From: Candidatus Multivoradales bacterium
GTDB lineage: Bacteria > Acidobacteriota > Thermoanaerobaculia > Multivoradales > JAHEKO01
Length of the DNA: 64,000 nucleotides
Direction of reading: 5' to 3'
NCBI GenBank assembly: GCA_965212505.1
Contig: OZ243123.1
Location: 2,766,796 to 2,830,795 of the forward strand
A program made the position numbers and the translations under genes. This document shows positions 9,956-19,110 of the stretch, piece by piece (the stretch's first letter is position 1; each line of letters begins with the position of its first letter). The notes under the pieces were generated by a model. The model worked only from the letters and a program-made list of their open reading frames with translations. It was not told the DNA's origin and searched no databases.

Positions 9956-11199
9956 TTGAACTCCCGTCCGAGACGTTGAACGGACGGTTTCTCCTCCGGC
10001 CGTTCTCGCTCGGCGTCAAACGCCAGCACCGACTCGACGTCCTTGTCCCCGCGCCCGGACAGATTGACCAGCACGATCGACTTGGGCGCCAGCCCGGGCG
10101 CGCGCTCGATCACCTCGGCGATGGCGTGTGCGCTCTCGAGCGCCGGCAGAATGCCCTCGGTCGAGGCCAGTCGATGGAAGGCGTCGATCGCGCGTTGGTC
10201 CGAAGCCGAGGTGTACTCGATCCGCCCGCGCTCGAACAGGTCGACGTGCTCCGGCCCGACCGCGGGATAGTCGAGCCCCGCCGAAACCGAATGGGTCGGC
10301 GCGATCTGCCCGTTGTCGTCCTGGAGTACGAGAGTGCGGGTGCCGTGGAGCACTCCTACCGACCCTCCCGAGAAACGCGCCGCGTGATCTCCGAGCGCGC
10401 CGCCCGTGCCCCCAGCTTCGACCCCGATCATGCGCACCCGGGGTTCGTCCAGAAAGGCCGAGAAGAGGCCGATCGAATTGCTACCGCCACCGACACAGGC
10501 GATCGCGAGGTCGGGCCACGACCGCCGCGCCTGCCGGCGCAGCTGCCGGCGGGCTTCGTCACCGATCACGCGGTGGAAGTCGCGCACCATCCTCGGATAG
10601 GGGTCCGGACCGAGGACTGACCCGAGCACGTAGTGGGTGTCTCTGACGTGGGTCACCCAGTCGCGGAGCGCCTCGTTGATGGCGTCTTTGAGGGTCCGGC
10701 TGCCGGCGTCGACCGCCACGACCTCGGCACCGAGCAGGCGCATGCGTTCGACGTTCAGGCGCTGCCGTCGCATGTCCTCCTCGCCCATGTAGACCGTGCA
10801 CGAGAGCCCTAGCAGTGCAGCGGCCGTAGCCGTCGCCACGCCGTGCTGACCCGCGCCGGTCTCGGCGATGACCCGCTCCTTCCCCATCTCACTCGCCAAA
10901 AGCGCTTGGCCGATCGCGTTGTTGATCTTGTGCGCCCCGGTGTGAAGCAGATCTTCACGCTTGAGATAGATGCGCGCTCCGCCGAGCTCGCGGGTCAGCC
11001 GCTCGGCGAAATAGAGCGGCGTCGGGCGACCAGCGTAGTCACGGAGCAGCGCCTCCAGACGCCTTCGAAAGGCACGGCGACGAGAGAGTCGATCGTAGGC
11101 GCGCGCCAGCTCCGAGACCGGCGCCATGAGCGTCTCTGGGATGTACCGGCCACCAAAGTTGCCGAAGTAGCCGACCGGTTCTGTTCGTCGATCCGTCAT
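9952..11199 (-). CDS. trpB: tryptophan synthase beta subunit
   Basis: 415 aa. [14 protein letters not shown]-terminus and [14 protein letters not shown]-lysine motif. Confidence 0.95.
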   Translation of the reverse strand: MTDRRTEPVGYFGNFGGRYIPETLMAPVSELARAYDRLSRRRAFRRRLEALLRDYAGRPTPLYFAERLTRELGGARIYLKREDLLHTGAHKINNAIGQALLASEMGKERVIAETGAGQHGVATATAAALLGLSCTVYMGEEDMRRQRLNVERMRLLGAEVVAVDAGSRTLKDAINEALRDWVTHVRDTHYVLGSVLGPDPYPRMVRDFHRVIGDEARRQLRRQARRSWPDLAIACVGGGSNSIGLFSAFLDEPRVRMIGVEAGGTGGALGDHAARFSGGSVGVLHGTRTLVLQDDNGQIAPTHSVSAGLDYPAVGPEHVDLFERGRIEYTSASDQRAIDAFHRLASTEGILPALESAHAIAEVIERAPGLAPKSIVLVNLSGRGDKDVESVLAFDAERERPEEKPSVQRLGREFK

Positions 11200-11233
11200 C
11201 GCCGCGCTCGCACCCTAAACCCATCCCCCCGCG

Positions 11234-11854
11234 CTAGGCAATCGGGAATTCCTCAAAGAGCTGCCGTAGCAGCTCGGGGTCTTTGATCCCGGGCGCCGAC
11301 TCGACGCCCGAGCAGACGTCGAGCCCGGTGGCCCCAGACTGCTCGAGCGCGGCGCGTGCGGTCGCCGGCCGGATGCCGCCGGCGACGAAGAGCGGGCGCT
11401 CGGTCCGAAGCGCGGCGAGCCGCTCGTAGCTCCACTCCTCGCCGGTTCCTCCATAGAGAGTCGGGTGGTGTCCCTCGACCAGGAACCCCCAGACGTCCCG
11501 ATAGCTCTCGACGTCGGTCGGCGAACCGTCGGCACTGAGGCGAAACACCTTGATCGCCCTTTCGGCAAACGGGGCGATCGCCTCCGCCGACTCGTTACCG
11601 TGGAACTGAAAGAGGTCGAGGCCGACCCGGCGGCCGATCTCCTCGACCTCGGCGGGGGCTCGATCGACGAACACGCCGACGAGTCGAGCCCGGCCTCGCA
11701 CCTCGTCCGCGATACGAGCGGCGGTGTTGATCTCGAGTGCCCGAGGGCTCGGCGGATAGAAGTTGAGACCGAGGTATTCGGCACCGAGCTCGATCGCCAA
11801 GCGCGCGTCCTCAGGCCGCGTCACACCGCAGATCTTGATCTCGGGGCGGCTCAT
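11234..11854 (-). CDS. trpF: phosphoribosylanthranilate isomerase
   Basis: 206 aa. KICGVTRPEDA…GAEYLGLNFYPPSPR motif. Overlaps trpC by 4 nt. Confidence 0.85.
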   Translation of the reverse strand: MSRPEIKICGVTRPEDARLAIELGAEYLGLNFYPPSPRALEINTAARIADEVRGRARLVGVFVDRAPAEVEEIGRRVGLDLFQFHGNESAEAIAPFAERAIKVFRLSADGSPTDVESYRDVWGFLVEGHHPTLYGGTGEEWSYERLAALRTERPLFVAGGIRPATARAALEQSGATGLDVCSGVESAPGIKDPELLRQLFEEFPIA

Positions 11855-12645
11855 TCCGAGTCCTCCAGCAAGCGACCGAGCTCGCCGCCCGGCTCCTCGG
11901 CCAAGAGGAGCGCCTCACCAATCAGGAACGCGTCGAAGCCCGCATCAGCGAGCCGGCGGCGGTCTTCGCCAGAGGCGATCCCGCTTTCGGCGATCGCCAA
12001 AGCGCCCTCCGGAAGGCTGGGGCGTAGTTCAATCGAATGAGCGAGGTCGACTTCGAACGTCCGCAGATCACGGTTGTTGATTCCGACCAGCTCCCACTCA
12101 GCGCCGTCCAGGCGCGCAACGTCGGCCGCGTCATGCGTCTCGACGAGCGGTACGAGGCCGCGAGCTCGTGCGGCGTCGGCCCAACCCCGGAGCTCCTCGG
12201 AGCTGAACAGCGCCGCGATCAGCAGCACGGCGTCGGCGCCGGCTTCAACGGCCCAATCGAGTTGTCGCGCACTCACGAGAAAGTCTTTCGCCAGCGCCGG
12301 CAGGCCGGACGCGGCCTTGCACGCGGCGAGCAACTCATAACTACCGTGGAAGAAGTCCGGTTCGACCACCACCGACAACGCCGCCGCACCCGACTCGGCA
12401 TAGCTCCGGGCCTGGCGCTCGGGCTCGACCTTGCCAACCAACGATCCGAGACGCGGCGAGCCCATCTTCACCTCGGCGATGATCGCCCGCCCCCGTACCG
12501 CCTCGAGGGTGCTCAGAAAGGCGTTGGCCGGCGCAGCCGACGAGGACTCGGGCGCCGGCGGCGAGACCTCGCGCGATGAGATACCGAGCCTCGCTCGGCG
12601 TTGTTCCACGATCCGCGCCAGAATGTCGGGGACTCCCCTCGTCAT
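11851..12645 (-). CDS. trpC: indole-3-glycerol phosphate synthase
   Basis: 264 aa. ILARIVEQRR…IIAEVKMGSP pattern characteristic of IGPS. Confidence 0.85.
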   Translation of the reverse strand: MTRGVPDILARIVEQRRARLGISSREVSPPAPESSSAAPANAFLSTLEAVRGRAIIAEVKMGSPRLGSLVGKVEPERQARSYAESGAAALSVVVEPDFFHGSYELLAACKAASGLPALAKDFLVSARQLDWAVEAGADAVLLIAALFSSEELRGWADAARARGLVPLVETHDAADVARLDGAEWELVGINNRDLRTFEVDLAHSIELRPSLPEGALAIAESGIASGEDRRRLADAGFDAFLIGEALLLAEEPGGELGRLLEDSE

Positions 12646-12646
12646 C

Positions 12647-13663
12647 TCAGCCCCCGCGGCGAAGCGCAGTCAGTTGCTCGGCGGCGCCGCCCGACTCGAC
12701 GGCCTCGCGAGCAAGTCCGACGCCGTGCCGGATCGACTCCGCTCGCCCCCCGACGTAGACGGCCGCGCCGGCGTTGAGCAGGCTGATGTCGAGCAGTGGC
12801 CCCGCCTCACCGGCGAGCACCCGTTCCATGGCTCGAGCGTTGTCCTCCGGCTCCCCACCGGCGAGCTGCTCCGGCGCGACTCGCTCCAGCCCGCATTCTT
12901 CCGGTGTCAGCGTACCGATTCGCACCTCGCCGTCAAGCACCTCCGCGACCCGCGTTGCCCCCGTGGTGGTGATCTCGTCGAGCCCGTCCTCTCCGTGCAC
13001 TACCAAGGCGTGCGTACTGCCGAGCTCGAGAAGCACCTCCGCGAGCAGCTCCACCAGGTGGTCCGAGTAGACCCCGAGGAGCTGCCGGGGCGCGCCCGCC
13101 GGATTGGTGAGCGGCCCGAGCACGTTGAAAAGCGTACGCACACCGAGGGCCCGCCGCACGGGCATGACCGCCTTGACCGCTGGGTGGAGGCGAGGCGCAA
13201 ACAGGAACGCGATGCCGATCTCACCGAGCGCTCGGCCCGCCGCGACCGGATCGGTCTCGATCGGCACCCCGAGCGCTTCGAGAACGTCCGCACTTCCAGA
13301 GCGACTAGAAACCGAGCGGTTGCCGTGCTTCGCGACCGGCACCCCAGCGGCGGCCGCGATCAGGGCGGCTGCCGTGGAGACGTTGAAGGTCCCCTTGCCG
13401 TCGCCGCCAGTGCCGCAGGTATCGACCACGTCTTCGACCGCATGCGGAATCTCGACTACACGACCACGCATGGCGGCAGCGGCTCCCGCAATCTCGCCGA
13501 CGCTCTCACCCTTGACCGCCAGACCGATCAACAGGCCGGCCTGGATCGGCGCCTCGACGTCGCCGTCCATCAGCCGACCGATCAGCGACTCCATCTCGCC
13601 GCGTTCTAGATGGCGGCCGGCGATGACGCGTTGGAGCGCTTCGACCGGCTCGATCATCCGCAC
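12647..13663 (-). CDS. trpD: anthranilate phosphoribosyltransferase
   Basis: 338 aa. GVVDTCGTGGDGKGTFNVSTAAA signature. Confidence 0.9.
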   Translation of the reverse strand: MRMIEPVEALQRVIAGRHLERGEMESLIGRLMDGDVEAPIQAGLLIGLAVKGESVGEIAGAAAAMRGRVVEIPHAVEDVVDTCGTGGDGKGTFNVSTAAALIAAAAGVPVAKHGNRSVSSRSGSADVLEALGVPIETDPVAAGRALGEIGIAFLFAPRLHPAVKAVMPVRRALGVRTLFNVLGPLTNPAGAPRQLLGVYSDHLVELLAEVLLELGSTHALVVHGEDGLDEITTTGATRVAEVLDGEVRIGTLTPEECGLERVAPEQLAGGEPEDNARAMERVLAGEAGPLLDISLLNAGAAVYVGGRAESIRHGVGLAREAVESGGAAEQLTALRRGG

Positions 13664-14220
13664 AACTCCAGGAAGTTCTCAATCAACCGACCCCCCTCGG
13701 CGGTCAGGATCGACTCGGGATGGAACTGGACGCCCCAGTACGGCAACTCACGATGGCGCATCGCCTGAAGCGTATCGTCGTCAGCCCAGGCGATCGGCTC
13801 GAATTCCGCAGGAAGGGACGCCTCGTCGACCGTCAGACTGTGGTAGCGAGTGGCCTCGAGCGGATTGGCCACCCCGGCGAAAAGACCCTGCGAGCGGTGA
13901 CGTACCGCCGAGGTCTTGCCGTGCATCAGCACCGGTGCGGAGTCCACCCGCCCGCCAAACGCCACCGCCATCGCCTGATGCCCGAGGCAGACGCCCAAGA
14001 GCGGTACCGGCCTCCGAGCGGCGACGAGGTCGACGCAGACCCCGGCTCCCTCTGGCCGGCCTGGACCTGGGGACAGCACGACGCCCCGTGGAGTGAGCGC
14101 CCAGAGTTCGTCGAGGGTCAGGGCGTCATTGCGCTCGACCCGCACGTCGGCACCGGCCTCACCGAGTAGCTGCACCAGGTTGTAGGTGAACGAGTCATAG
14201 TTGTCGACGACCAGAATCAT
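13654..14220 (-). CDS. trpG: anthranilate synthase component II (glutamine amidotransferase)
   Basis: 188 aa. MILVVDNYDSFTYNL start, LGVCLGHQ catalytic Cys motif, FHPES histidine. Confidence 0.85.
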   Translation of the reverse strand: MILVVDNYDSFTYNLVQLLGEAGADVRVERNDALTLDELWALTPRGVVLSPGPGRPEGAGVCVDLVAARRPVPLLGVCLGHQAMAVAFGGRVDSAPVLMHGKTSAVRHRSQGLFAGVANPLEATRYHSLTVDEASLPAEFEPIAWADDDTLQAMRHRELPYWGVQFHPESILTAEGGRLIENFLELCG

Positions 14221-15524
14221 CGCAGTCGCCTCGCCAGCTCAACGGCCGCCAGAAGCGCCGCCGCCTTGTTCTCGGTCTCCCGCGCTTCCGCCCTCGGATT
14301 CGAGTCCGCCACAATGCCAGCACCGGCCGTGACCGAGACCTCACCATCACGTACCACCAGCGTCCGGATCGTGATGCAGGTGTCGAGGTCACCGGAGTAC
14401 GAGAGGTAGCCGACAGCGCCGGCGTACGGCCCCCGCCGCTCGGGCTCGAGCTCGTCGATGATCTCCATCGCCCGGATCTTGGGCGCTCCCGAAACGGTGC
14501 CGGCGGGAAAGCAGGAGAGCAGAGCGTCCAGTCCGCTCATATCGGACGCGAGGCGCCCGGTCACCTCCGAGACGATGTGCATGACGTGGCTGTAGTGCTC
14601 GATGTCCATGAACGTCGAGACTTCGACCGAGCCGGCCGCGCTCACGCGCCCGACGTCGTTGCGCCCGAGGTCCACGAGCATGACGTGCTCGGCCCGCTCC
14701 TTCGGATCCGCAAGCAGCTCCTCGGCCAGGCGCCGATCCTCTTCCACCGTCGCTCCGCGCGGCCGGGTACCCGCGATCGGTCGCGTCTCCACCCGCTGTC
14801 CGTTCTTGCGGACCAGCATCTCGGGCGAAGCGCCCACCAGGGAGACGTCATCGTTCTCGAGCAAAACCATGTACGGACTCGGGTTCACCATGCGCAACGC
14901 TCGGTAGAGCGCCAACGGCTCGATCTGCTCTTCGAGCTTCCAGCGTCGAGCGAGCACCGTCTGGAATACGTCGCCCGCCTTGATGTAGCTCTGAATCTGC
15001 TCCACACCGGCCGCGTACTCGGCATCACTGAGGCTCGGCTGGGGCTCGGGGCCGCCGGCCGCCGGAGCCGGCAGCTCGGCGCCACCACCCTCACCGCGCG
15101 CCGTCAGGAGCTCCGACAGCTCGTCGAGATCGCGTTCGGCATCCGCGGCGCTCACCTCCCCCTCGATCTCGTTCGCCACAGCGATGACTCGCTGACGCGC
15201 GTGGTCGAAGACGAGCAGTCGGTCGAATCGAGAGAGATGGGCGATCGGCAGCTCGAACGGGTCCGGCGGCGACGAAGGTAGCCGCTCGATGAGCCGGGCC
15301 AGGTCGAACCCGAAGTAGCCGACGACACCACCGAGAAACGGCAGCTCCCCCGGCGCGGCCTCGATCTCGCCGAGCCGCGCCCGCAGCGCTTCGAGCGGCG
15401 AGCGACGGTCGACTTCGACTTGGCCCTCGCGCCCCACCTCGAGCCGATCGAGCCAGAGCCGATAGACCTCCCGCGGCCCGGCACCGAGAAAGCTGTAGCG
15501 CGAGACCCGCTCACCGCCGGTCAC
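14217..15524 (-). CDS. trpE: anthranilate synthase component I
   Basis: Chorismate-binding domain motifs (GRYSFLG, GAVGYL). The coordinate is the only canonical start (GTG). TrpE-like sequence (TPVGVYRRL…RFLFESVTGGE) continues in-frame upstream to at least 15640 with no ATG/GTG/TTG, so the true start is probably upstream and non-canonical. Confidence 0.8.
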   Translation of the reverse strand: MTGGERVSRYSFLGAGPREVYRLWLDRLEVGREGQVEVDRRSPLEALRARLGEIEAAPGELPFLGGVVGYFGFDLARLIERLPSSPPDPFELPIAHLSRFDRLLVFDHARQRVIAVANEIEGEVSAADAERDLDELSELLTARGEGGGAELPAPAAGGPEPQPSLSDAEYAAGVEQIQSYIKAGDVFQTVLARRWKLEEQIEPLALYRALRMVNPSPYMVLLENDDVSLVGASPEMLVRKNGQRVETRPIAGTRPRGATVEEDRRLAEELLADPKERAEHVMLVDLGRNDVGRVSAAGSVEVSTFMDIEHYSHVMHIVSEVTGRLASDMSGLDALLSCFPAGTVSGAPKIRAMEIIDELEPERRGPYAGAVGYLSYSGDLDTCITIRTLVVRDGEVSVTAGAGIVADSNPRAEARETENKAAALLAAVELARRLR

Positions 15525-15640
15525 GCTCTCGAACAGGAAGCGAGTCGAGGAGACCGCGGCCAGACGGCGGTAGACGCCGACGGGGGTGAGACTGTCGCCG
15601 ACGAACTCGCGTAGATGCGGGATCGCCCTTCGCGCCGCGT

Positions 15641-17125
15641 TCAGGAGTCGTTCTCCGGCTCCTGCAGATCCCGGACCTGCTCGGGCAGGAGCTCCAACCC
15701 CGTCATCGTACGAGCCTGCGGGATCGCCTGCGCGAACAGCACTTCGCGACCGTCGATCGCCTGCGCGCCGACCCTCTCGACAGCCCTCACCAAGCGCGTG
15801 GGAGCTCCGGGGACGTAGGCGAGATCGACCACCGCAGCCGTCGGCGCGAGCCGGGCCGGGTCGAAGGGGAGTGCGTCGTCGTCGCCACGCCCCAGAGGGG
15901 TCGCGTTGACCAGCACGTCGAACTCGCTCGGATCGAAGTCGTCATAGGGGGCGAACTCCACGTCGAGTTCGGCGGCTACGCGACGACCGCGCTCGGCGCT
16001 GCGATTGACGAGCGTCACCCGAGCCCGTCCGTGGGCGAGAGCAAACACCGCAGCGCGACCGGCACCGCCGGCACCCACGACCACCGCCCTCCGATCGGCG
16101 AGATCGACGTTACGGGTCCGAAGCGGTCCGAGAACGCCTTCGGGATCGGTCGATTCGGCCTCCCACACGCCTCGGCGCAGGGTCAACGTGTTCGCCGACC
16201 CCACGTGCTCGGCCAGCGGACTCGTCGCTCCAGAGACGGCGAGCGCGATCTCCTTGAAGGGCGACGTCACACTCAGCCCCTTGAGCGAGAACCCGAGTAC
16301 CTCGAGACTGCCGCTTTCGACCACGTCGAGCCAGAAGTCGCCAAAGGCTTGTACGCAGAACGGGAGGTAGGCCGCAGCGACCCCTCGTTCGCGGAACATG
16401 CGGTTGTAGAGACGTGGCGACAGGCTGTGGCGCACCGGATTGCCGGCGATGCCGTAGAGGTCCCGCACCTGCGGAAGCTGCGGTAGACCGTAGTCCCGGC
16501 GCAGCCGCTCGATCGACAGCTGACCCGGCGCGGCCGGTTCCGCCCCGGCCGATCCATAGATCACAGGAGCCCCGAGGCGAGGAGCGAGGAGCCGAGTCCA
16601 GCCACCAGCAGCGCCCGAGGCAAAGGCGATCAGATCGTCCCTGGCGGCTCCCCTGGCGAAGGCGAGCGGCAACAGACCATCACCCGTGCGCTGGGCCTCG
16701 GTCACCAGCTTGTAGTAGCGCCCTCCCACGGACTCCATGGCCTCGAGACGCTGGCGCAACTCGTCGAGCTCGGCGGCACGCCCGTGCCAAGAGAGGATTC
16801 GACGCTCCGCCGGAATCGCGCGGATCAGCTCTTCGACCTGATCGCGCTCGATCTCCAGGTCGACGAAGTCGAACCCTCGCGACGCCTTGGCGATGCGGGT
16901 CGCCCGATGATCACCGCGCTCCTGCCCTCTCCCAGACTCCGAGGAGCTGCGCAAGGTATAGATCAGGTCGCCACCGAAGTGTCGTCGAAGCGTCTCGGGG
17001 TCGAGATCGCCGATCAGGTCGGCGCGTACTTCGAGCGCACTCACGCGCGACGAAAGAGCCTCGAGCTCCTCGCTCGACGGCGAAGTGGTGAGGGTGGCGA
17101 TCAGGTAGGCCGACTGGGTGCTCAC
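15641..17125 (-). CDS. aroE: bifunctional 3-dehydroquinate dehydratase (type I) / shikimate 5-dehydrogenase
   Basis: 494 aa. N-terminal half is AroD-like. C-terminal half has shikimate dehydrogenase motifs (LYGIAGNPVRHSLSP; VVVGAGGAGRAAVFAL; NATPLG). Confidence 0.7.
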   Translation of the reverse strand: MSTQSAYLIATLTTSPSSEELEALSSRVSALEVRADLIGDLDPETLRRHFGGDLIYTLRSSSESGRGQERGDHRATRIAKASRGFDFVDLEIERDQVEELIRAIPAERRILSWHGRAAELDELRQRLEAMESVGGRYYKLVTEAQRTGDGLLPLAFARGAARDDLIAFASGAAGGWTRLLAPRLGAPVIYGSAGAEPAAPGQLSIERLRRDYGLPQLPQVRDLYGIAGNPVRHSLSPRLYNRMFRERGVAAAYLPFCVQAFGDFWLDVVESGSLEVLGFSLKGLSVTSPFKEIALAVSGATSPLAEHVGSANTLTLRRGVWEAESTDPEGVLGPLRTRNVDLADRRAVVVGAGGAGRAAVFALAHGRARVTLVNRSAERGRRVAAELDVEFAPYDDFDPSEFDVLVNATPLGRGDDDALPFDPARLAPTAAVVDLAYVPGAPTRLVRAVERVGAQAIDGREVLFAQAIPQARTMTGLELLPEQVRDLQEPENDS

Positions 17126-17241
17126 GGGAGGTCTCCGTCCTGGCGAGCAAGAGCGACCGACGCCCCGATCCCGCGCTGGACCACCCCAGTTTACCGTCCC
17201 GGGCGTGGTAGCATCCGCCCGGTTTTGGACCGGATAGCCGC

Positions 17242-19110
17242 TTGAATTTCGCGAACTGGGAGAAGGTAGTCCTCGTCGGCCTCACGGCCGTGTCGGCTGG
17301 AGTCTTCGGCCGCGACCTGCTGCATCAGATCCGCCACGTCACCGCCGGCAAACCCGATCGCCCGCGCACCGACCGGCTCGGCAGGAGGCTCTGGGTCACT
17401 TTCAAAGAGGTGATCTTTCAGACCCGCGTCATCGGCGGCCGCAAGGTCGTGGGAACGCTGCACGCGCTGGTCTTCCTCGGCTTCCTGACCTTTGCGTTCG
17501 AGACCATCGACCACTTTCTCGAACCGTTCCACATCCCGTTCCTGACGCCGCTCTTCGGCAGTTTCCTGCCAGCCTTCCGCGTTGTCCTCATGGTCAGCGC
17601 GATTGCGGTCGCGGTGAGCATTCTCGCCCTGGCATACCGACGGTTCTTCATGAAGAAGAGCTCGCCCGATCCGAAGTCATACAGCTCCGGTGTCGTTGCG
17701 ATCCTCATCTTCCTGTTGATGATCACCTATATCAACGGGGTGGCCGAGGAGCCGCTGCTCGAGAGTGCAAACTGGTGGGTGCACACCCTCATCATCCTCG
17801 TCTTCCCGCACCTCATCCTGCGCTCGAAGCACTTCCATATCCTGATGTCGCCGGCCGACATCTTCTTCCGCACACACCGCCTCGGCGATCTCCTGCCGCT
17901 CAACCTCGACCTCGAAGCGCTCGAGGAGTCCGAGGAAGAGGTGACACTCGGCCTCGAAACGCTCGCGGATGCGCCGTGGAAGATGCGGATGGACTTCCTG
18001 ACCTGTGTCGAGTGCCGACGGTGTACCGAACAGTGCCCGGCTGCCAGCACCGGCCAGGAGCTCAACCCGCGTGGCTTCATCCTCGCCGGGCGCGGCGCGC
18101 TCGGCAACGAAGAAGCGCCCGTTGTCGGCGACATCATCAGTGAGACCGCGCTCGGTCAGTGCACCAGCTGCGGAGCCTGCGAGAGCATCTGCCCCGTCGG
18201 CATCGAGCACCTTCAGCTCCTGACCGGGGCGAAGCGGGCGCAGGCGTTGGCCACCGGCAAGGGAATGGTCGCCACGGAGTTCCTGGAGACCACCGAGCGC
18301 TACGGCAATCCCTTCTCGAAGCCCAAGTCGGCACGCAAGGAGCTCATCCGCGACCTCGCCCTCCCGATCTACCAACCGGGCGAGACCGAGTACCTCGTCT
18401 GGCTCGGCTGCGTGTGGACCTACAACGAAGATGCCCGGTCCAGTCTCGAGGCGATGGCCAAGATTCTCGAGTCGGCCGGTGTCAGCTGGGGCGTCCTCGA
18501 AGACGAGAGCTGCAGCGGACACCACTCTCGCCGTCAGGGTGAGGAGCTCCAGTTCCAGACGCTCGCCGGCGAGAACATCGAGCGCTTCCGTGAGAACAAG
18601 GTCCAGAAGGCGATCTCTCCCTGTCCGCACTGCCTGCACACCATGCGCTGGGAGTACCCGACCCTCGAGGACGACTTCGAGATCGAAGTGCTCCATCACT
18701 CCGAGGTGATCTCGAAACTGCTCGCCGACGGCAAGATCGCGCTGAACGGAAACGGACAGACCGACCGCAAGCTCACGTACCACGACCCCTGCTACCTGGG
18801 CCGTTTCGAGGGCATCTACGACGATCCGCGCGAGGTCATCCGGCAGACGGGCGGCGAGTTGGTCGAGCTCGGGCGCCGGCGTGAGAAGTCGTTCTGCTGC
18901 GGTGGTGGGAGCGCCGGCTTTGTCCGTGAGCAGGAGGTCGCACGCCGCGTCGACGTCGAACGCAAAGAGGAGATCGCAAGCTCGGGCGCCCAGACGCTCG
19001 TCACTTCGTGTCCGGAGTGCAAGATGATGCTGAATGCAGCGGTTGAAGAGACCAAGGATTTGGCCGAACTGGTGGCGGACTCGCTGGCGCCCGGCGGTCC
19101 GGCCTCATGA
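17242..19110 (+). CDS. membrane-bound Fe-S oxidoreductase: NarI-like His-rich TM domain fused to an HdrD/GlpC-type (2x[4Fe-4S] + 2 CCG) domain
   Basis: 622 aa, TTG start. N-terminal ~230 aa has 5-6 TM helices with conserved His residues. Two ferredoxin motifs: CVECRRCTEQCP and CTSCGACESICP. Two cysteine-rich CCG-type regions: CVWTYNED…CSGHH and SFCCGGGSAG. Confidence 0.7.
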   Translation: MNFANWEKVVLVGLTAVSAGVFGRDLLHQIRHVTAGKPDRPRTDRLGRRLWVTFKEVIFQTRVIGGRKVVGTLHALVFLGFLTFAFETIDHFLEPFHIPFLTPLFGSFLPAFRVVLMVSAIAVAVSILALAYRRFFMKKSSPDPKSYSSGVVAILIFLLMITYINGVAEEPLLESANWWVHTLIILVFPHLILRSKHFHILMSPADIFFRTHRLGDLLPLNLDLEALEESEEEVTLGLETLADAPWKMRMDFLTCVECRRCTEQCPAASTGQELNPRGFILAGRGALGNEEAPVVGDIISETALGQCTSCGACESICPVGIEHLQLLTGAKRAQALATGKGMVATEFLETTERYGNPFSKPKSARKELIRDLALPIYQPGETEYLVWLGCVWTYNEDARSSLEAMAKILESAGVSWGVLEDESCSGHHSRRQGEELQFQTLAGENIERFRENKVQKAISPCPHCLHTMRWEYPTLEDDFEIEVLHHSEVISKLLADGKIALNGNGQTDRKLTYHDPCYLGRFEGIYDDPREVIRQTGGELVELGRRREKSFCCGGGSAGFVREQEVARRVDVERKEEIASSGAQTLVTSCPECKMMLNAAVEETKDLAELVADSLAPGGPAS

